Origin: Acutalibacteraceae bacterium
GTDB taxonomy: Bacteria > Bacillota > Clostridia > Lachnospirales > Lachnospiraceae
DNA: 59,959 bases
Assembly (NCBI GenBank): GCA_963595005.1
Contig: CAVBGP010000001.1
Location: 1-59,959, forward strand
Direction: 5' to 3'
Made by a program: the position numbers and the translations under genes. This document shows, in pieces, positions 8,188-17,895 of the stretch (position 1 is its first letter; each line of letters starts with the position of its first letter). The notes beneath the pieces are model-generated. The model worked only from the letters and a program-made list of their open reading frames with translations. It was not told the origin of the DNA and ran no database searches.

Positions 8188-9636
8188 TCAAAACTTAAAG
8201 TATATAAACGGGTTATATGATAATCCTGTAAGGTACAGCACCGATATAAGCCAAAGTGCAAGATACATAATATCCGTACAAGCCTTCATCATAGTTACTG
8301 ATTTACCGATAGTTACGCCGTAGTCATTACTATAATCGGCTCTCGATATGTTAATTTTCCTGAAGGAGAAAATCACTGCCACTATGAAGCATATTATAAA
8401 TATTGAATCCTGCTTACTCATGACGGAATACATACCGAATTTTGTAAGGTTAAGGCTAAACATTGCCTTAAGATAAAGCATTGCCTGAGTTAGATTGTCT
8501 GCTCTGAAGAAAACCCAGCCTACAATCACAACCACCATGGTGTAGACATGCTGCAAAAGCCTCGGAAGTTTCTTTAGCACTCTGCCAAATCCAAGCCTCT
8601 CTATAATGAGGAATACTCCGTGATATAAGCCCCAAACTATAAACTGCCAGGCAGCACCATGCCAGAAGCCTGTCAGGAAGAACACTATAAAGAGGTTGAT
8701 ATAGGTTCTGACCTTTCCGCGCCTGTTGCCCCCAAGCGGTATATATACATAATCCCTGAACCAGCTTGAGAGTGATATATGCCAGCGTCTCCAAAACTCT
8801 TGTATGCTCTGTGACACATAGGGCAGATTAAAATTTTCATTAAAAGTAAACCCAAGCGCCTTGCCAAGACCTATCGCCATATCCGAATAGGCCGAGAAAT
8901 CATAATATATCTGAAGTGCATAGCATATTGCACCAAGCCATGCATAGACTGTATTGATATATTCCGGCATCGAAAACATGAGATCTGCCATGCTGCCCAT
9001 CGCATTTGCCAGAAAAACCTTTTTGAAGAAGCCTATTATAAATCTCTTGATACCGTACTCAATGTCAGCTATACGTATGCACCTTGAATCCATCTCATTG
9101 TTGATATCTGTATATCTGACTATGGGACCTGCAATAAGCTGCGGAAACATAGTCACATATAGAGCAAGCTTAACAAGACTTTTCTGCACCGGAACCTTGC
9201 CAAGATACACATCCACCACATATGAGATAATCTGAAAGGTATAGAAGGATATACCTATGGGCAAGGCTACATTTGCAGCATCTCCAAGTATATCCGCTCC
9301 GAAAGCTGCTGCCAGCTCTCTCGCATTTTCCACGAAGAAGTTACAGTACTTAAAGTACAGCAGATTAGCTATATCGATAGCCAATATCAAAAAAAGTAAG
9401 CATCTGCGTGCAAAGCCCCTCTGCTTATCCATTAAGAGACACAACAGGAAATCGGCTGCAATAACCAACGCAAGTATCAGAAAATACTTAACGCCGCCCC
9501 ATGCATAGAAGATACATGAAGCAATCAGCAGCACGACATTTGCCGCATCGATATGACATTTGCCAAATGCCGCGTAATAGCAAATCAGCGTAAGAGGCAA
9601 AAATGCAAATATAAAAAATGTTGATGAAAATACCAT
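8188..9636 (-). CDS. MBOAT-family membrane O-acyltransferase (AlgI/DltB/PatA-like)
   Basis: Polytopic membrane protein with the MBOAT signature FWRRWHISLSSWFRDYVYIPLGG. No SD upstream of the ATG. Confidence 0.8.
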   Translation of the reverse strand: MVFSSTFFIFAFLPLTLICYYAAFGKCHIDAANVVLLIASCIFYAWGGVKYFLILALVIAADFLLCLLMDKQRGFARRCLLFLILAIDIANLLYFKYCNFFVENARELAAAFGADILGDAANVALPIGISFYTFQIISYVVDVYLGKVPVQKSLVKLALYVTMFPQLIAGPIVRYTDINNEMDSRCIRIADIEYGIKRFIIGFFKKVFLANAMGSMADLMFSMPEYINTVYAWLGAICYALQIYYDFSAYSDMAIGLGKALGFTFNENFNLPYVSQSIQEFWRRWHISLSSWFRDYVYIPLGGNRRGKVRTYINLFIVFFLTGFWHGAAWQFIVWGLYHGVFLIIERLGFGRVLKKLPRLLQHVYTMVVVIVGWVFFRADNLTQAMLYLKAMFSLNLTKFGMYSVMSKQDSIFIICFIVAVIFSFRKINISRADYSNDYGVTIGKSVTMMKACTDIMYLALWLISVLYLTGLSYNPFIYFKF

Positions 9637-9704
9637 TGCTTATAGTCTAAAAGAATTGACGAATGTCACGGCAACAAATTAAATGAAGGTATAGCTTGTT
9701 CGGC

Positions 9705-9749
9705 CGGCAAGACTGCTGTAGCGTGAAGCAATCCGTCACTTTTATGATA
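9705..9749 (-). repeat. Mosaic palindromic repeat copy (hp1, degenerate left arm)
   Basis: CGGCAAGACTGCTGTAGCGTGAAGCAATCCGTCACTTTTATGATA. Confidence 0.6.
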
Positions 9750-9757
9750 AGTCTGCG

Positions 9758-10948
9758 TTACGAATTAAGCTTCCACTCCGCAACGTAATCCCTGTCCAGA
9801 TAATCCGGATGCTCTAACAGATAATCTATAAAGCCAAAGCTTGCCTTATCTATCGCAGCATCATTGATCTCTAATACCAATATATCGCTCTTGCCTAGGA
9901 GAAAATCGATAGGCAGCTCGTCATAAGCCGTATAGTCTGATATTGAGCCTATTGCCGAATATCTGTCTATATACCAATTATTATTCTCAAGATGGACATC
10001 AGACTCAAATATACCAGCCCATATAAGTGAACTGATGCTCTGTCCGAGGAAGCTGCCGCCTCGCACGAAGAAATTAGGCTTGTCCTTCCCCTCATATGTG
10101 ACATTTACATCGGAATCATACCAATCATCCTTGGCATTAAGCAGCAGATTCATGGATGAATAGAGATCAGTGTCCGGAAATATAGGTTCATCTGACTTTT
10201 TCTCGGTGACAGCTACCCGGCTTAGGTCGTAACGGCTGTTTTCTCCCATCTTGTCTAGAAATAGCGCCGCACAGGTTCTGCCCCAGGGATTACTCCAATG
10301 TGTTCCGCTCTTGTAATAAAGCGGTGCCTCAAGACTGCTGTCATTGAGATGCTCATCAATATAGCCTATCGAATCAAAATAAATAATACTGCTCTTATCC
10401 AGCGACTCTATAAGCTTGTCGTAATTGGTGTAATCATACGCAGCTTCCATGTCGGCTGTCATCAGCTTATCCGGTATCTTGTCCTTATAATAATGTGCCT
10501 TTGACGGTGTTATAAAGACATAAAGCTCCTTATCGTTTTGCTGCATTAAGCTATTAAGTGTACTTAATTTATCTGTAAGAGCAGCAAAATATTCCTCATC
10601 AGCCGGGGCATAAACTTGAGTCTCATACAAAATATACTGCGGCTCAAAGAGATACTTATCCTTGCCTATGACCACATTGGAATTAGGACTTACATTAAGC
10701 AGGCTATATAGGAGCTGATTACGAGTCTTAAGGAGGAGCTTGCGTCCCGGAAAGCTATCCTCAAAGCTGTCATTAATATAGCCTTGATAGCTTCCGTCAG
10801 CTAAAGTATTACTGCTTAGCTCAACAGGATTGGTGCTCCCGGTCACCCCGCTAAGCTCAAGCTTTCCGTCTAAGAGCCTTCCGTACAGCGGCAGCAGCAG
10901 GGTCAGTGCAAATATGATTATGAAAATGTGAATTCTCTTTAGTCTCAT
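9758..10948 (-). CDS. Signal-anchored AlgJ/AlgX/DHHW-like partner of the MBOAT (SGNH-like O-acetyltransferase)
   Basis: N-terminal membrane anchor and a YYKSGTHWSNPWG motif resembling the D/T-x-HW motif of AlgJ/AlgX/DHHW proteins. Adjacent to an MBOAT gene as in known two-component O-acetylation systems. Confidence 0.55.
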   Translation of the reverse strand: MRLKRIHIFIIIFALTLLLPLYGRLLDGKLELSGVTGSTNPVELSSNTLADGSYQGYINDSFEDSFPGRKLLLKTRNQLLYSLLNVSPNSNVVIGKDKYLFEPQYILYETQVYAPADEEYFAALTDKLSTLNSLMQQNDKELYVFITPSKAHYYKDKIPDKLMTADMEAAYDYTNYDKLIESLDKSSIIYFDSIGYIDEHLNDSSLEAPLYYKSGTHWSNPWGRTCAALFLDKMGENSRYDLSRVAVTEKKSDEPIFPDTDLYSSMNLLLNAKDDWYDSDVNVTYEGKDKPNFFVRGGSFLGQSISSLIWAGIFESDVHLENNNWYIDRYSAIGSISDYTAYDELPIDFLLGKSDILVLEINDAAIDKASFGFIDYLLEHPDYLDRDYVAEWKLNS

Positions 10949-10958
10949 TGGCTAATAC

Positions 10959-11011
10959 ACGGCAGGATTGATGGAGCACTTAAGTGCAAAGCAATCCGTA
11001 CTTTTATATAA
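10959..11011 (-). repeat. Mosaic palindromic repeat copy (hp1)
   Basis: ACGGCAGGATTG-ATGGAGCACTTAAGTGCAAA-GCAATCCGTACTTTTATATAA, with inner palindrome GCACTTAAGTGC at 10976-10987. Confidence 0.75.
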
Positions 11012-11043
11012 TGAGGTACTGATAAATAAGCAGCCATAGGTAC

Positions 11044-11742
11044 TTATTTATTTTTCGTGTAGTCTCTTGCTCCGAATATACCGGTTCCGACACGTACCAA
11101 GGTTGATCCTTCCTCAACTGCTACAATATAATCTCCCGTCATACCCATGGAAAGCACCTGCATATCAACATTAGAAAACTTCATAGCCTTGATATGATCA
11201 AAAAGCTGTCTTAGAGCCTTAAAGTACTCTCTGTTTGTTTCAGGATCCTCTGTTATCGGAGCTGAGGTCATAAGTCCTTTTACATGAACATTTGAAAATG
11301 CGCTTACAGCCTTAACTGCATCTATGGTTTCATCAAGAGTAAAGCCCCATTTGCTCTCCTCATTGGCAACATTAACCTCTAGCAAAACTCCAATGTTAAT
11401 GTCGTGCTTTTCTGCCTCCTTTTGTATCTGTTCAGCAAGCCGCAGACTATCCACCGAATGTATCAGACTGACCTTGTCTATGATATACTTAACCTTATTT
11501 CTCTGGAGATGCCCTATCATATGCCAATCAACAGTCTTGCCAAGCACAGCATATTTTTCCTCTATCTCCTGCACATAATTCTCACCGAAGGCGCGCTGTC
11601 CTGCATCCATGCACTCTCTTATCATCTCAACAGGCTTTGTTTTACTTACTGCAAGCAGTGTAACCTCTGACGGGTCACGTCCTGCTCTTTCACAAGCCTC
11701 AGTTATATTTTTTCTTACTTCTTGTAAATTATCTTTTATCAT
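11044..11742 (-). CDS. yggS: YggS-family pyridoxal-phosphate homeostasis protein
   Basis: Motifs LLAVSKTKP, FGENYVQE, WHMIGHLQRNKVKY and LSMGMTGDY. Start set to the ATG at 11742 (SD AAGAGG); the longer track ORF reads through a repeat element. Confidence 0.85.
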   Translation of the reverse strand: MIKDNLQEVRKNITEACERAGRDPSEVTLLAVSKTKPVEMIRECMDAGQRAFGENYVQEIEEKYAVLGKTVDWHMIGHLQRNKVKYIIDKVSLIHSVDSLRLAEQIQKEAEKHDINIGVLLEVNVANEESKWGFTLDETIDAVKAVSAFSNVHVKGLMTSAPITEDPETNREYFKALRQLFDHIKAMKFSNVDMQVLSMGMTGDYIVAVEEGSTLVRVGTGIFGARDYTKNK

Positions 11743-11769
11743 GTATCTGCCTCTTAATCTAAAGCTTAT

Positions 11770-11829
11770 GATGAATGCCGCAGCAATCCGTACTTTTATA
11801 TTATGTGACGCCTGCGAATTTGCTGGCAT
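11770..11829 (-). repeat. Mosaic palindromic repeat copy (hp1 + hp2)
   Basis: The reverse complement ATGCCAGCAAATTCGCAGGCGTCACATAATATAAAAGTACGGATTGCTGCG is collinear with 22249-22304 (6 substitutions and 1 indel over ~56 nt). Confidence 0.75.
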
Positions 11830-11847
11830 GGGCGTTTAACTGCAAAC

Positions 11848-12507
11848 TCAGACTTCCTTAAATATACCAAGAAAACCTGCAGCATTAGCCTCGGCATCTC
11901 CCTTAAACACCGCAGAGCCTGCAACAAATACATTGGCACCGGCCTTGATAAGCTCCACGACATTGTCTTTGGTTACTCCGCCGTCAACCTCGATATCGAT
12001 ATCAATACCTCTCTGCTGTATCATATTGCGAAGCTTCCTGATCTTATCTGTAACATATGGGATATAGCTTTGTCCGCCAAAGCCTGGGTTAACACTCATA
12101 AGGAGAACCATATCCAGCTCACCTAGTATATCCTCAAGCACTGATACCGGAGTTGCAGGATTAAGCACAACGCCTGCCTTGCAGCCGCATTCCTTGATAG
12201 CCTGTATAGTTCTGTCAAGATGCTTGCATGCCTCGTAATGCACTGTTATAAGGTCTGCCCCGGCATCTGCAAAATCCTTGATATATCTTACCGGTTCTTC
12301 AATCATCAGATGCACATCAAAAACCTTGTCAGTACACTTTCTGATGGATTTAATAACCGGTATGCCAAAGCTTATGTTCGGCACAAACATGCCGTCCATA
12401 ACATCTATATGTATGTATTCAGCACCGGCCTCACTGACTGTCTTAACAGCATCGCCAAGACAGGCAAAGTCCGCTGATAAAATTGATGGTGCGAGTATGT
12501 ATTTCAT
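11848..12507 (-). CDS. rpe: Ribulose-phosphate 3-epimerase
   Basis: [14 protein letters not shown]..., [24 protein letters not shown]. Start set to 12507 (AGAGG 9 nt upstream) rather than 12513. Confidence 0.9.
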   Translation of the reverse strand: MKYILAPSILSADFACLGDAVKTVSEAGAEYIHIDVMDGMFVPNISFGIPVIKSIRKCTDKVFDVHLMIEEPVRYIKDFADAGADLITVHYEACKHLDRTIQAIKECGCKAGVVLNPATPVSVLEDILGELDMVLLMSVNPGFGGQSYIPYVTDKIRKLRNMIQQRGIDIDIEVDGGVTKDNVVELIKAGANVFVAGSAVFKGDAEANAAGFLGIFKEV

Positions 12508-12522
12508 GACCATATTCCTCTT

Positions 12523-12560
12523 ACTTTTATTATATGTGGTGCCTACAAATACGCAGGCAC
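12523..12560 (-). repeat. Mosaic palindromic repeat copy (ACTTTTAT linker + hp2)
   Basis: ACTTTTATTATATGTGGTGCCTACAAATACGCAGGCAC. The hairpin is GTGCCT/AGGCAC at 12539-12560. Confidence 0.6.
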
Positions 12561-12636
12561 GGGTGTTTACTTTATATGTGCCGCCTTAGAGCTATACGTT
12601 ATATTTCGGGTTAAATCTCAAGTTGTATCTCAGGCG

Positions 12637-13521
12637 CTATCTCTCGCTGCTCTTTAGCTCCTCATATATAAGCCTGTAGTTCTCATATCGCTCTGCCGGT
12701 ATGTCTCCGGCATCAACCGCACGCTTAACCGCGCAAATCTCATCCGCCTCATAGATATGACTGCAGCCAGTAAACTTGCATTTATCATAATACGGCAGAA
12801 ACTCATCAAAATAAAACTGCAGCCTGTCCTTATCAACACCGGTCACATACAATGAAGTAAAACCAGGTGTATCAAGCACGTAGCTGTCTGCATCTATGGT
12901 AAATAGCTCAGTATGTCTTGTGGTCTGCTTGCCCCTCTTAATCTTGGCAGAAAGCTCTCCCACCTCCATGCAAACTCCGTCATTAAGCTTATTTGTCAGT
13001 GAGGATTTGCCCACACCGGATGGTCCTGCAAGCACCGTGGTCTTGCCCTTAAGCAGCTCTCGTATGCAATCTACGTCAGCTTCATTTTCCGTAGAGCCGC
13101 ATATAACCTTGTAGCCTGCGTGCTCGTAAATCTCCCTGTAATGCTCCATAAGTCCGTCACGGTTAAGATCAGACTTGTTGAGGAAGATATTGACCGGGAT
13201 GTCCTGCATACCCATATATATGAGGAAACGATCCAGCAGGTTGGTATTGAGATCAGGCTCCCTGACTGCAAATACCACCATAGCCTGATCAATATTGGCA
13301 ACAGCTGGTCTTATGAGGACATTGCGTCTGTCATCAATAGCTGTAAGACTGCCTTCTCCCTTTACCGCATCAAGCACCTCAAAGCCCACATTGTCTCCTA
13401 CGAGCGGCTTAATACCTACTTTTCTGAAAATGCCTACTGCCCTACTTGAATATACCCTGTCTGTTTCAGATGAGTGTATATAGTAGAAACCGCCTATTCC
13501 TTTGATTATTTTACCTGTCAT
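12637..13521 (-). CDS. rsgA: Ribosome small-subunit-dependent GTPase A
   Basis: Circularly permuted GTPase motifs (NKSDL ... GPSGVGKSSL ... DTPG) and a C-terminal zinc knuckle CKFTGCSH...C. Confidence 0.88.
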   Translation of the reverse strand: MTGKIIKGIGGFYYIHSSETDRVYSSRAVGIFRKVGIKPLVGDNVGFEVLDAVKGEGSLTAIDDRRNVLIRPAVANIDQAMVVFAVREPDLNTNLLDRFLIYMGMQDIPVNIFLNKSDLNRDGLMEHYREIYEHAGYKVICGSTENEADVDCIRELLKGKTTVLAGPSGVGKSSLTNKLNDGVCMEVGELSAKIKRGKQTTRHTELFTIDADSYVLDTPGFTSLYVTGVDKDRLQFYFDEFLPYYDKCKFTGCSHIYEADEICAVKRAVDAGDIPAERYENYRLIYEELKSSER

Positions 13522-13525
13522 CTGC

Positions 13526-15142
13526 TTAAAGTTTAAAAAGTGTGCCTATAATATTTCGTCCGAGACTTGCTCCTACATTGCCGCCTAGACGCTTGCCGAA
13601 GCTTCCGCCTACTGAATTGCCTATAGCTTTACCTATCTCTCTGCCAATGGTGCCTGAAGTTGTAGAAGCTACGCTCCTGACACCTGATTTGACCGCACGA
13701 TTTGCTGCAGCCTCTGTTCTTGCCTTAGTCTTATCCTCTATCTCAGCCCTTCTTGCAGCCTGCTTTGCTGCAGTCTCCTGTACCTTGGCATCAATTTCAG
13801 CTTTGCTTTCGGCCTCTGCTGCAGCTGCATTTTCATCATCCTGCTGCTTCTTGCGGCGCATCAGAAACTCATATGCTGAATCATTGTCAACCTGAGTTGA
13901 ATACTTATCTGCAAGAACATTGGTTACAATAGCATCATGCCTTGCCGTTTCCGTAATTGTACCCATGAGACTCTGCGGAGGAAGTATATATGCATGCTCG
14001 CACGGCATCGGAACGCCATTAGCATCAAGGAGCGATACTATAGCCTCTCCTGTGCCAAGCTGCTGCAAAAGCTCTTCGGTATTGATATTCGGATTCTCTC
14101 TAAATGACTCTGCTGCGGTTTTTAGTGCCTTTAGTTCCTTTGGCGTATAAGCTCTTAGTGCATGCTCAATCTTGTTTGAAAGCTGCGACATAACCTCATC
14201 CGGAATATCTGCAGGCGACTGCGTTACAAAGTATATGCCTACACCCTTTGAGCGTATGAGCTTAACAACCTGTGACAGCTTCTCCATAAGCGCTGTTGAT
14301 GCATTACTAAATAACAAATGTGCCTCATCAAAGAAAAATACCATCTTAGGCTTTTCGGCATCTCCTACCTCCGGCAGCACCTCAAAAAGCTCTGACATCA
14401 GAAAAAGCATAAAGGCAGTATAAAGTCTGGGCTTGTTGATAAGAGTCTCCGAGGACAACACATTAATCATGCCGTATCCGTTATCATCAAGCTTAAAAAA
14501 GTCATTAATATCAATTGCCGGCTCTCCGAAGAACTGTTCTCCGCCCTCTGCCTCAATTGCAACTATGGCTCTGATTATAGTAGTAAGCGTTGCTTTAGCG
14601 ATATGACCATAATCCATCTCAAGCTCTGAGATATTGTCGCCGACATAATTAAGCATAGCCTTAAGATCCTTGGTATCAATCAACAAAAGATCCTTATCAT
14701 CGGCAATCTTAAATACAACCGTGAGCACGTCGCACTGAGTATCGTTTAAACCAAGAACCTGTCCAAGCAGCACCGGACCCATCTCAGATATAGATGTTCT
14801 AAGCGGTATGCCCTTCTTGCCGTATATATCATAAAATGTAGTCGGATAGCGCTTATAAGCAAAGCTGTCAGTTAGTCCGAAGCGGTTTATACGCTCCTTC
14901 ATATTGTCATTGTCCTGACCCGGCAATATAAATCCGCTTAAATCGCCTTTGACATCGGACAAGAAAACCGGTACGCCCAGCTCTGAAAATGATTCTGAAA
15001 GTACCTTGAGTGTCACGGTCTTACCTGTACCTGTGGCACCGCAGATAAAGCCATGACGATTAGCCATCTTAGGCTCAAGACACAGTCTGGTAGAATAATC
15101 TGTTCCGGTGCTTGCAAACCACAATTTTCCGCCGTCAATCAT
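13526..15142 (-). CDS. DUF853 / YjgR-type HerA-like P-loop NTPase
   Basis: Walker A GATGTGKT, Walker B MVFFFDEAHLLF, and a Lys/Ala/Gly-rich C-terminal tail typical of the family. Confidence 0.7.
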   Translation of the reverse strand: MIDGGKLWFASTGTDYSTRLCLEPKMANRHGFICGATGTGKTVTLKVLSESFSELGVPVFLSDVKGDLSGFILPGQDNDNMKERINRFGLTDSFAYKRYPTTFYDIYGKKGIPLRTSISEMGPVLLGQVLGLNDTQCDVLTVVFKIADDKDLLLIDTKDLKAMLNYVGDNISELEMDYGHIAKATLTTIIRAIVAIEAEGGEQFFGEPAIDINDFFKLDDNGYGMINVLSSETLINKPRLYTAFMLFLMSELFEVLPEVGDAEKPKMVFFFDEAHLLFSNASTALMEKLSQVVKLIRSKGVGIYFVTQSPADIPDEVMSQLSNKIEHALRAYTPKELKALKTAAESFRENPNINTEELLQQLGTGEAIVSLLDANGVPMPCEHAYILPPQSLMGTITETARHDAIVTNVLADKYSTQVDNDSAYEFLMRRKKQQDDENAAAAEAESKAEIDAKVQETAAKQAARRAEIEDKTKARTEAAANRAVKSGVRSVASTTSGTIGREIGKAIGNSVGGSFGKRLGGNVGASLGRNIIGTLFKL

Positions 15143-15183
15143 TTTGTACCGCCTTTCTCTAATACTTTAATAATCGGATTCTG

Positions 15184-16548
15184 CTATCTGTCAATTATTC
15201 TCGCGAGCAGCATGCCTATCACAGTTACGCCAAACAGGAACCAGGTTGTCGGATTAGACAGCCAGGTTGTAAAGAATGCAAGGCTTAGATATATCAGCAC
15301 CTGTGCATACAGCAGTATGCCAAAAGGATTATTGCCAAAGCTGTGTGTTCTCTCAGCATTCAATAACCCAGACCTTATACCTGTAAATGCCGCACCTTCT
15401 ATAATTGCTGCAATGCCTCCGATGACCAGGCAAAAAACTACAACACCGATAAAGCCAAAATCATAATAGCTGTCATAGATAAGAGTGACTGTAGTCAGCT
15501 CCTCCTTAGTAATATATATGGGAAATGCAGCAAGCTCCGGCTTAATGAATTTTAATCCTGTAAGAGCAATCACCGGAAAACACATCCTAAGTCCATGTGT
15601 AAAGGCAGGAAGCTCCTTGACCAGGCAATTAAAATTATCAAAATTATTGGCAATATAGATATACGGCTGCGATATAAATATTGGCATTCTATCGTACTTC
15701 ATCTCGAATATGCCGTTAAGATACTCTACACTGTGAGCACGCTCAATGGTGATAAACACATATAACGCAATAAGCACAATGAGGCCTAGTACGACAGTCG
15801 ATACTGCCTTAACATTAAGTTTAATACGAATACGCATTCCGTTCAATATAAGTATCGAGAATCCGGCAAGCAGTATTCCAAAGAACAGCTGATATCTTGA
15901 TACCAGCATTATCGGTATCAAAATCCCAAGTCCCGTGCATATGATTATGTCCGCACATTTAAGCTTTGTCAGACTTTTATGCATAAGCTCGGCTCTCATG
16001 CACAGCGCACCCAGTGCGGGAAGCAGACAGCAGCTTACTGTAAAATAATGCAGTCCGCTCACATGAAAGTACGAATAGGCATGAGGAGTATCTCTTGTAA
16101 ACAGAGGAACAAACCCAAGTATATAAGCCTCAGTAAGCAAACATATAACAGACACCATAGCTATGCCGTTCATCATTATATATAGAGCACGGCTTCCTGC
16201 TGATTTTCTGCAGGCATCTGTAACTTTAAGATCTTTGTCTTTAAGCCACCTGTTTATGAGCTTATATCCTATTATAAATGCTGCATATGCCGCAAATAAT
16301 GCTGCCCAGGTAAGTGTCTCCCAGTCAGTCTCAAGATATGAGAGCTTAAGACAGGCAACGCCTATGCCGCCAATCCACGATACAGAAAAAACAGCAGGAG
16401 GGTTAATTCTCCTGCCGTCCTTAATGCAGTAATAGCTTGCAAGCATAACTGCTGCAGCCATAAGCAGTAAGCCGGATACCGCATATAAGCCCATCCTTGA
16501 TAATACAAAGCTAATGCTGTAGACCACAGCTAAGATAATTAATTCCAT
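15184..16548 (-). CDS. Polytopic membrane protein, oligosaccharide repeat-unit polymerase (Wzy)-like
   Basis: ~12 hydrophobic segments and an overall resemblance to Wzy-type polymerases. No diagnostic motif verified. Confidence 0.4.
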   Translation of the reverse strand: MELIILAVVYSISFVLSRMGLYAVSGLLLMAAAVMLASYYCIKDGRRINPPAVFSVSWIGGIGVACLKLSYLETDWETLTWAALFAAYAAFIIGYKLINRWLKDKDLKVTDACRKSAGSRALYIMMNGIAMVSVICLLTEAYILGFVPLFTRDTPHAYSYFHVSGLHYFTVSCCLLPALGALCMRAELMHKSLTKLKCADIIICTGLGILIPIMLVSRYQLFFGILLAGFSILILNGMRIRIKLNVKAVSTVVLGLIVLIALYVFITIERAHSVEYLNGIFEMKYDRMPIFISQPYIYIANNFDNFNCLVKELPAFTHGLRMCFPVIALTGLKFIKPELAAFPIYITKEELTTVTLIYDSYYDFGFIGVVVFCLVIGGIAAIIEGAAFTGIRSGLLNAERTHSFGNNPFGILLYAQVLIYLSLAFFTTWLSNPTTWFLFGVTVIGMLLARIIDR

Positions 16549-16557
16549 AATAGCCGT

Positions 16558-17895
16558 TTAATTAGTGCCTCCGGTATGCTGTCCCTCGCCCTTAGACTTA
16601 TTGCCTGTTCCGTGTGATACAACAGTATCTTCTCTTGCTCCCGCCGCATCAGTATTGGCATTAGCATTAGCATGAGCCTGATTATTTGCCGAATCACCTG
16701 AAGCTATATCTGTGCCCTCTCTAATGTCAGATTCCTTAATGATATTATCTGTGCTGACATGTGAGATGACAGAAGTCTCCTGCTCTGCTGCATTTACAGT
16801 ATGCTGCTGTGCAGCAGTCTCTGTTGCGGCAGCTTCTGTCTCTGACCCGGTCTGCTCTGTGCTGTGCTGCGCTGTTTCCGCAGTCTGTCCGTCTGCAGAC
16901 TCACTGCTCTCTTCACTCTGCTCAAGCGTTGTTCCCTGCTTATTGATTCGTGCAACAAGTGCAATATTACCTGTAGTATTGGTATATACACCCTCCGGCA
17001 GATAATCCTTAATACTTACAGACGCAGAGATATCTGATGACGCACCTGTTATATCAAGAAGCGTTGCCGGGAGAGTTATCTCCGTAAGCGAGTCTAGCAC
17101 TGACTTATCGCCGTAAACCTCTACAAAGTCAGGCTCTATATTGACATTGCCAAGCTCATAGCCCTCTGCCGGGTCGCCTGTAGTCTTGGCCATAAGTGTG
17201 ATATTCTTCTTTTCGTATATAGGCAAATCGTAGCTTACCGAATTCTTAATTACGATACGCGAATCAGGTGTTATCTCATTGTCATTGGCATCATAATAGA
17301 TAAATTCTGCATTGCCCCAAACATCGCTGGTTGCTCCATCAATGTTGACATTAAAGCCTATGCGGCTAATCTTGCCTATCTCAGAATTAGGTCCGTATAC
17401 AGTCACGTGACTTGGTGTATAGTTAATGTTGCCTGCAGCAAAGCCATCACTTGGGTTGCCTACAATGTTAGGCACTATGTCGAAGGTTTTCTCAAGCATA
17501 TCCTCGGTTGTTGCATGCACAACCAGCGGGGAGACCGTGACATCAGATACTATATCCTTAATCCTGTCGTCAACCGTAACATATACAGGCAGCGCACCTG
17601 TGATAGAGTAATCTCTCATATCAACATATACTCTGAAGTCAGAGGCTGATACCCTGGTTCTCTGATTCGTTCTTACGCTGAATGTGACCTTGGCTGTATA
17701 ACTATCTAAGCTATAATACTTATCAAGATTGGTGAGTGACTCTCCGTAATCTACATCTATACTGGAGCTTACACTTGACTTTATCTCAGGATCTGAGACG
17801 TTGACAACCATGAGCCATATACCTAAGGCAATCAGCACGGATGCAAGCTTAAGCAGCTTATTCTTTTTAAAGAAATTATTGATTTTGTCCATCAT
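16558..17895 (-). CDS. cdaR: YbbR-domain protein CdaR (diadenylate cyclase regulator) with a low-complexity C-terminal tail
   Basis: N-terminal anchor plus repeated YbbR-like beta modules. The start overlaps the cdaA stop (ATGA). ~130-aa T/E/A/Q-rich tail. Confidence 0.7.
   Translation of the reverse strand: MMDKINNFFKKNKLLKLASVLIALGIWLMVVNVSDPEIKSSVSSSIDVDYGESLTNLDKYYSLDSYTAKVTFSVRTNQRTRVSASDFRVYVDMRDYSITGALPVYVTVDDRIKDIVSDVTVSPLVVHATTEDMLEKTFDIVPNIVGNPSDGFAAGNINYTPSHVTVYGPNSEIGKISRIGFNVNIDGATSDVWGNAEFIYYDANDNEITPDSRIVIKNSVSYDLPIYEKKNITLMAKTTGDPAEGYELGNVNIEPDFVEVYGDKSVLDSLTEITLPATLLDITGASSDISASVSIKDYLPEGVYTNTTGNIALVARINKQGTTLEQSEESSESADGQTAETAQHSTEQTGSETEAAATETAAQQHTVNAAEQETSVISHVSTDNIIKESDIREGTDIASGDSANNQAHANANANTDAAGAREDTVVSHGTGNKSKGEGQHTGGTN

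Noticed and set aside
11743-11829. N-terminal extensions of yggS (to 11829), of the TSCPD gene (to 22275), of the SymE-like gene (to 1771) and of rpsU (to 56032).
   Set aside because: In each case the extension runs through a repeat or leader sequence and lacks an SD. An internal start with a good SD reproduces the expected family N-terminus.
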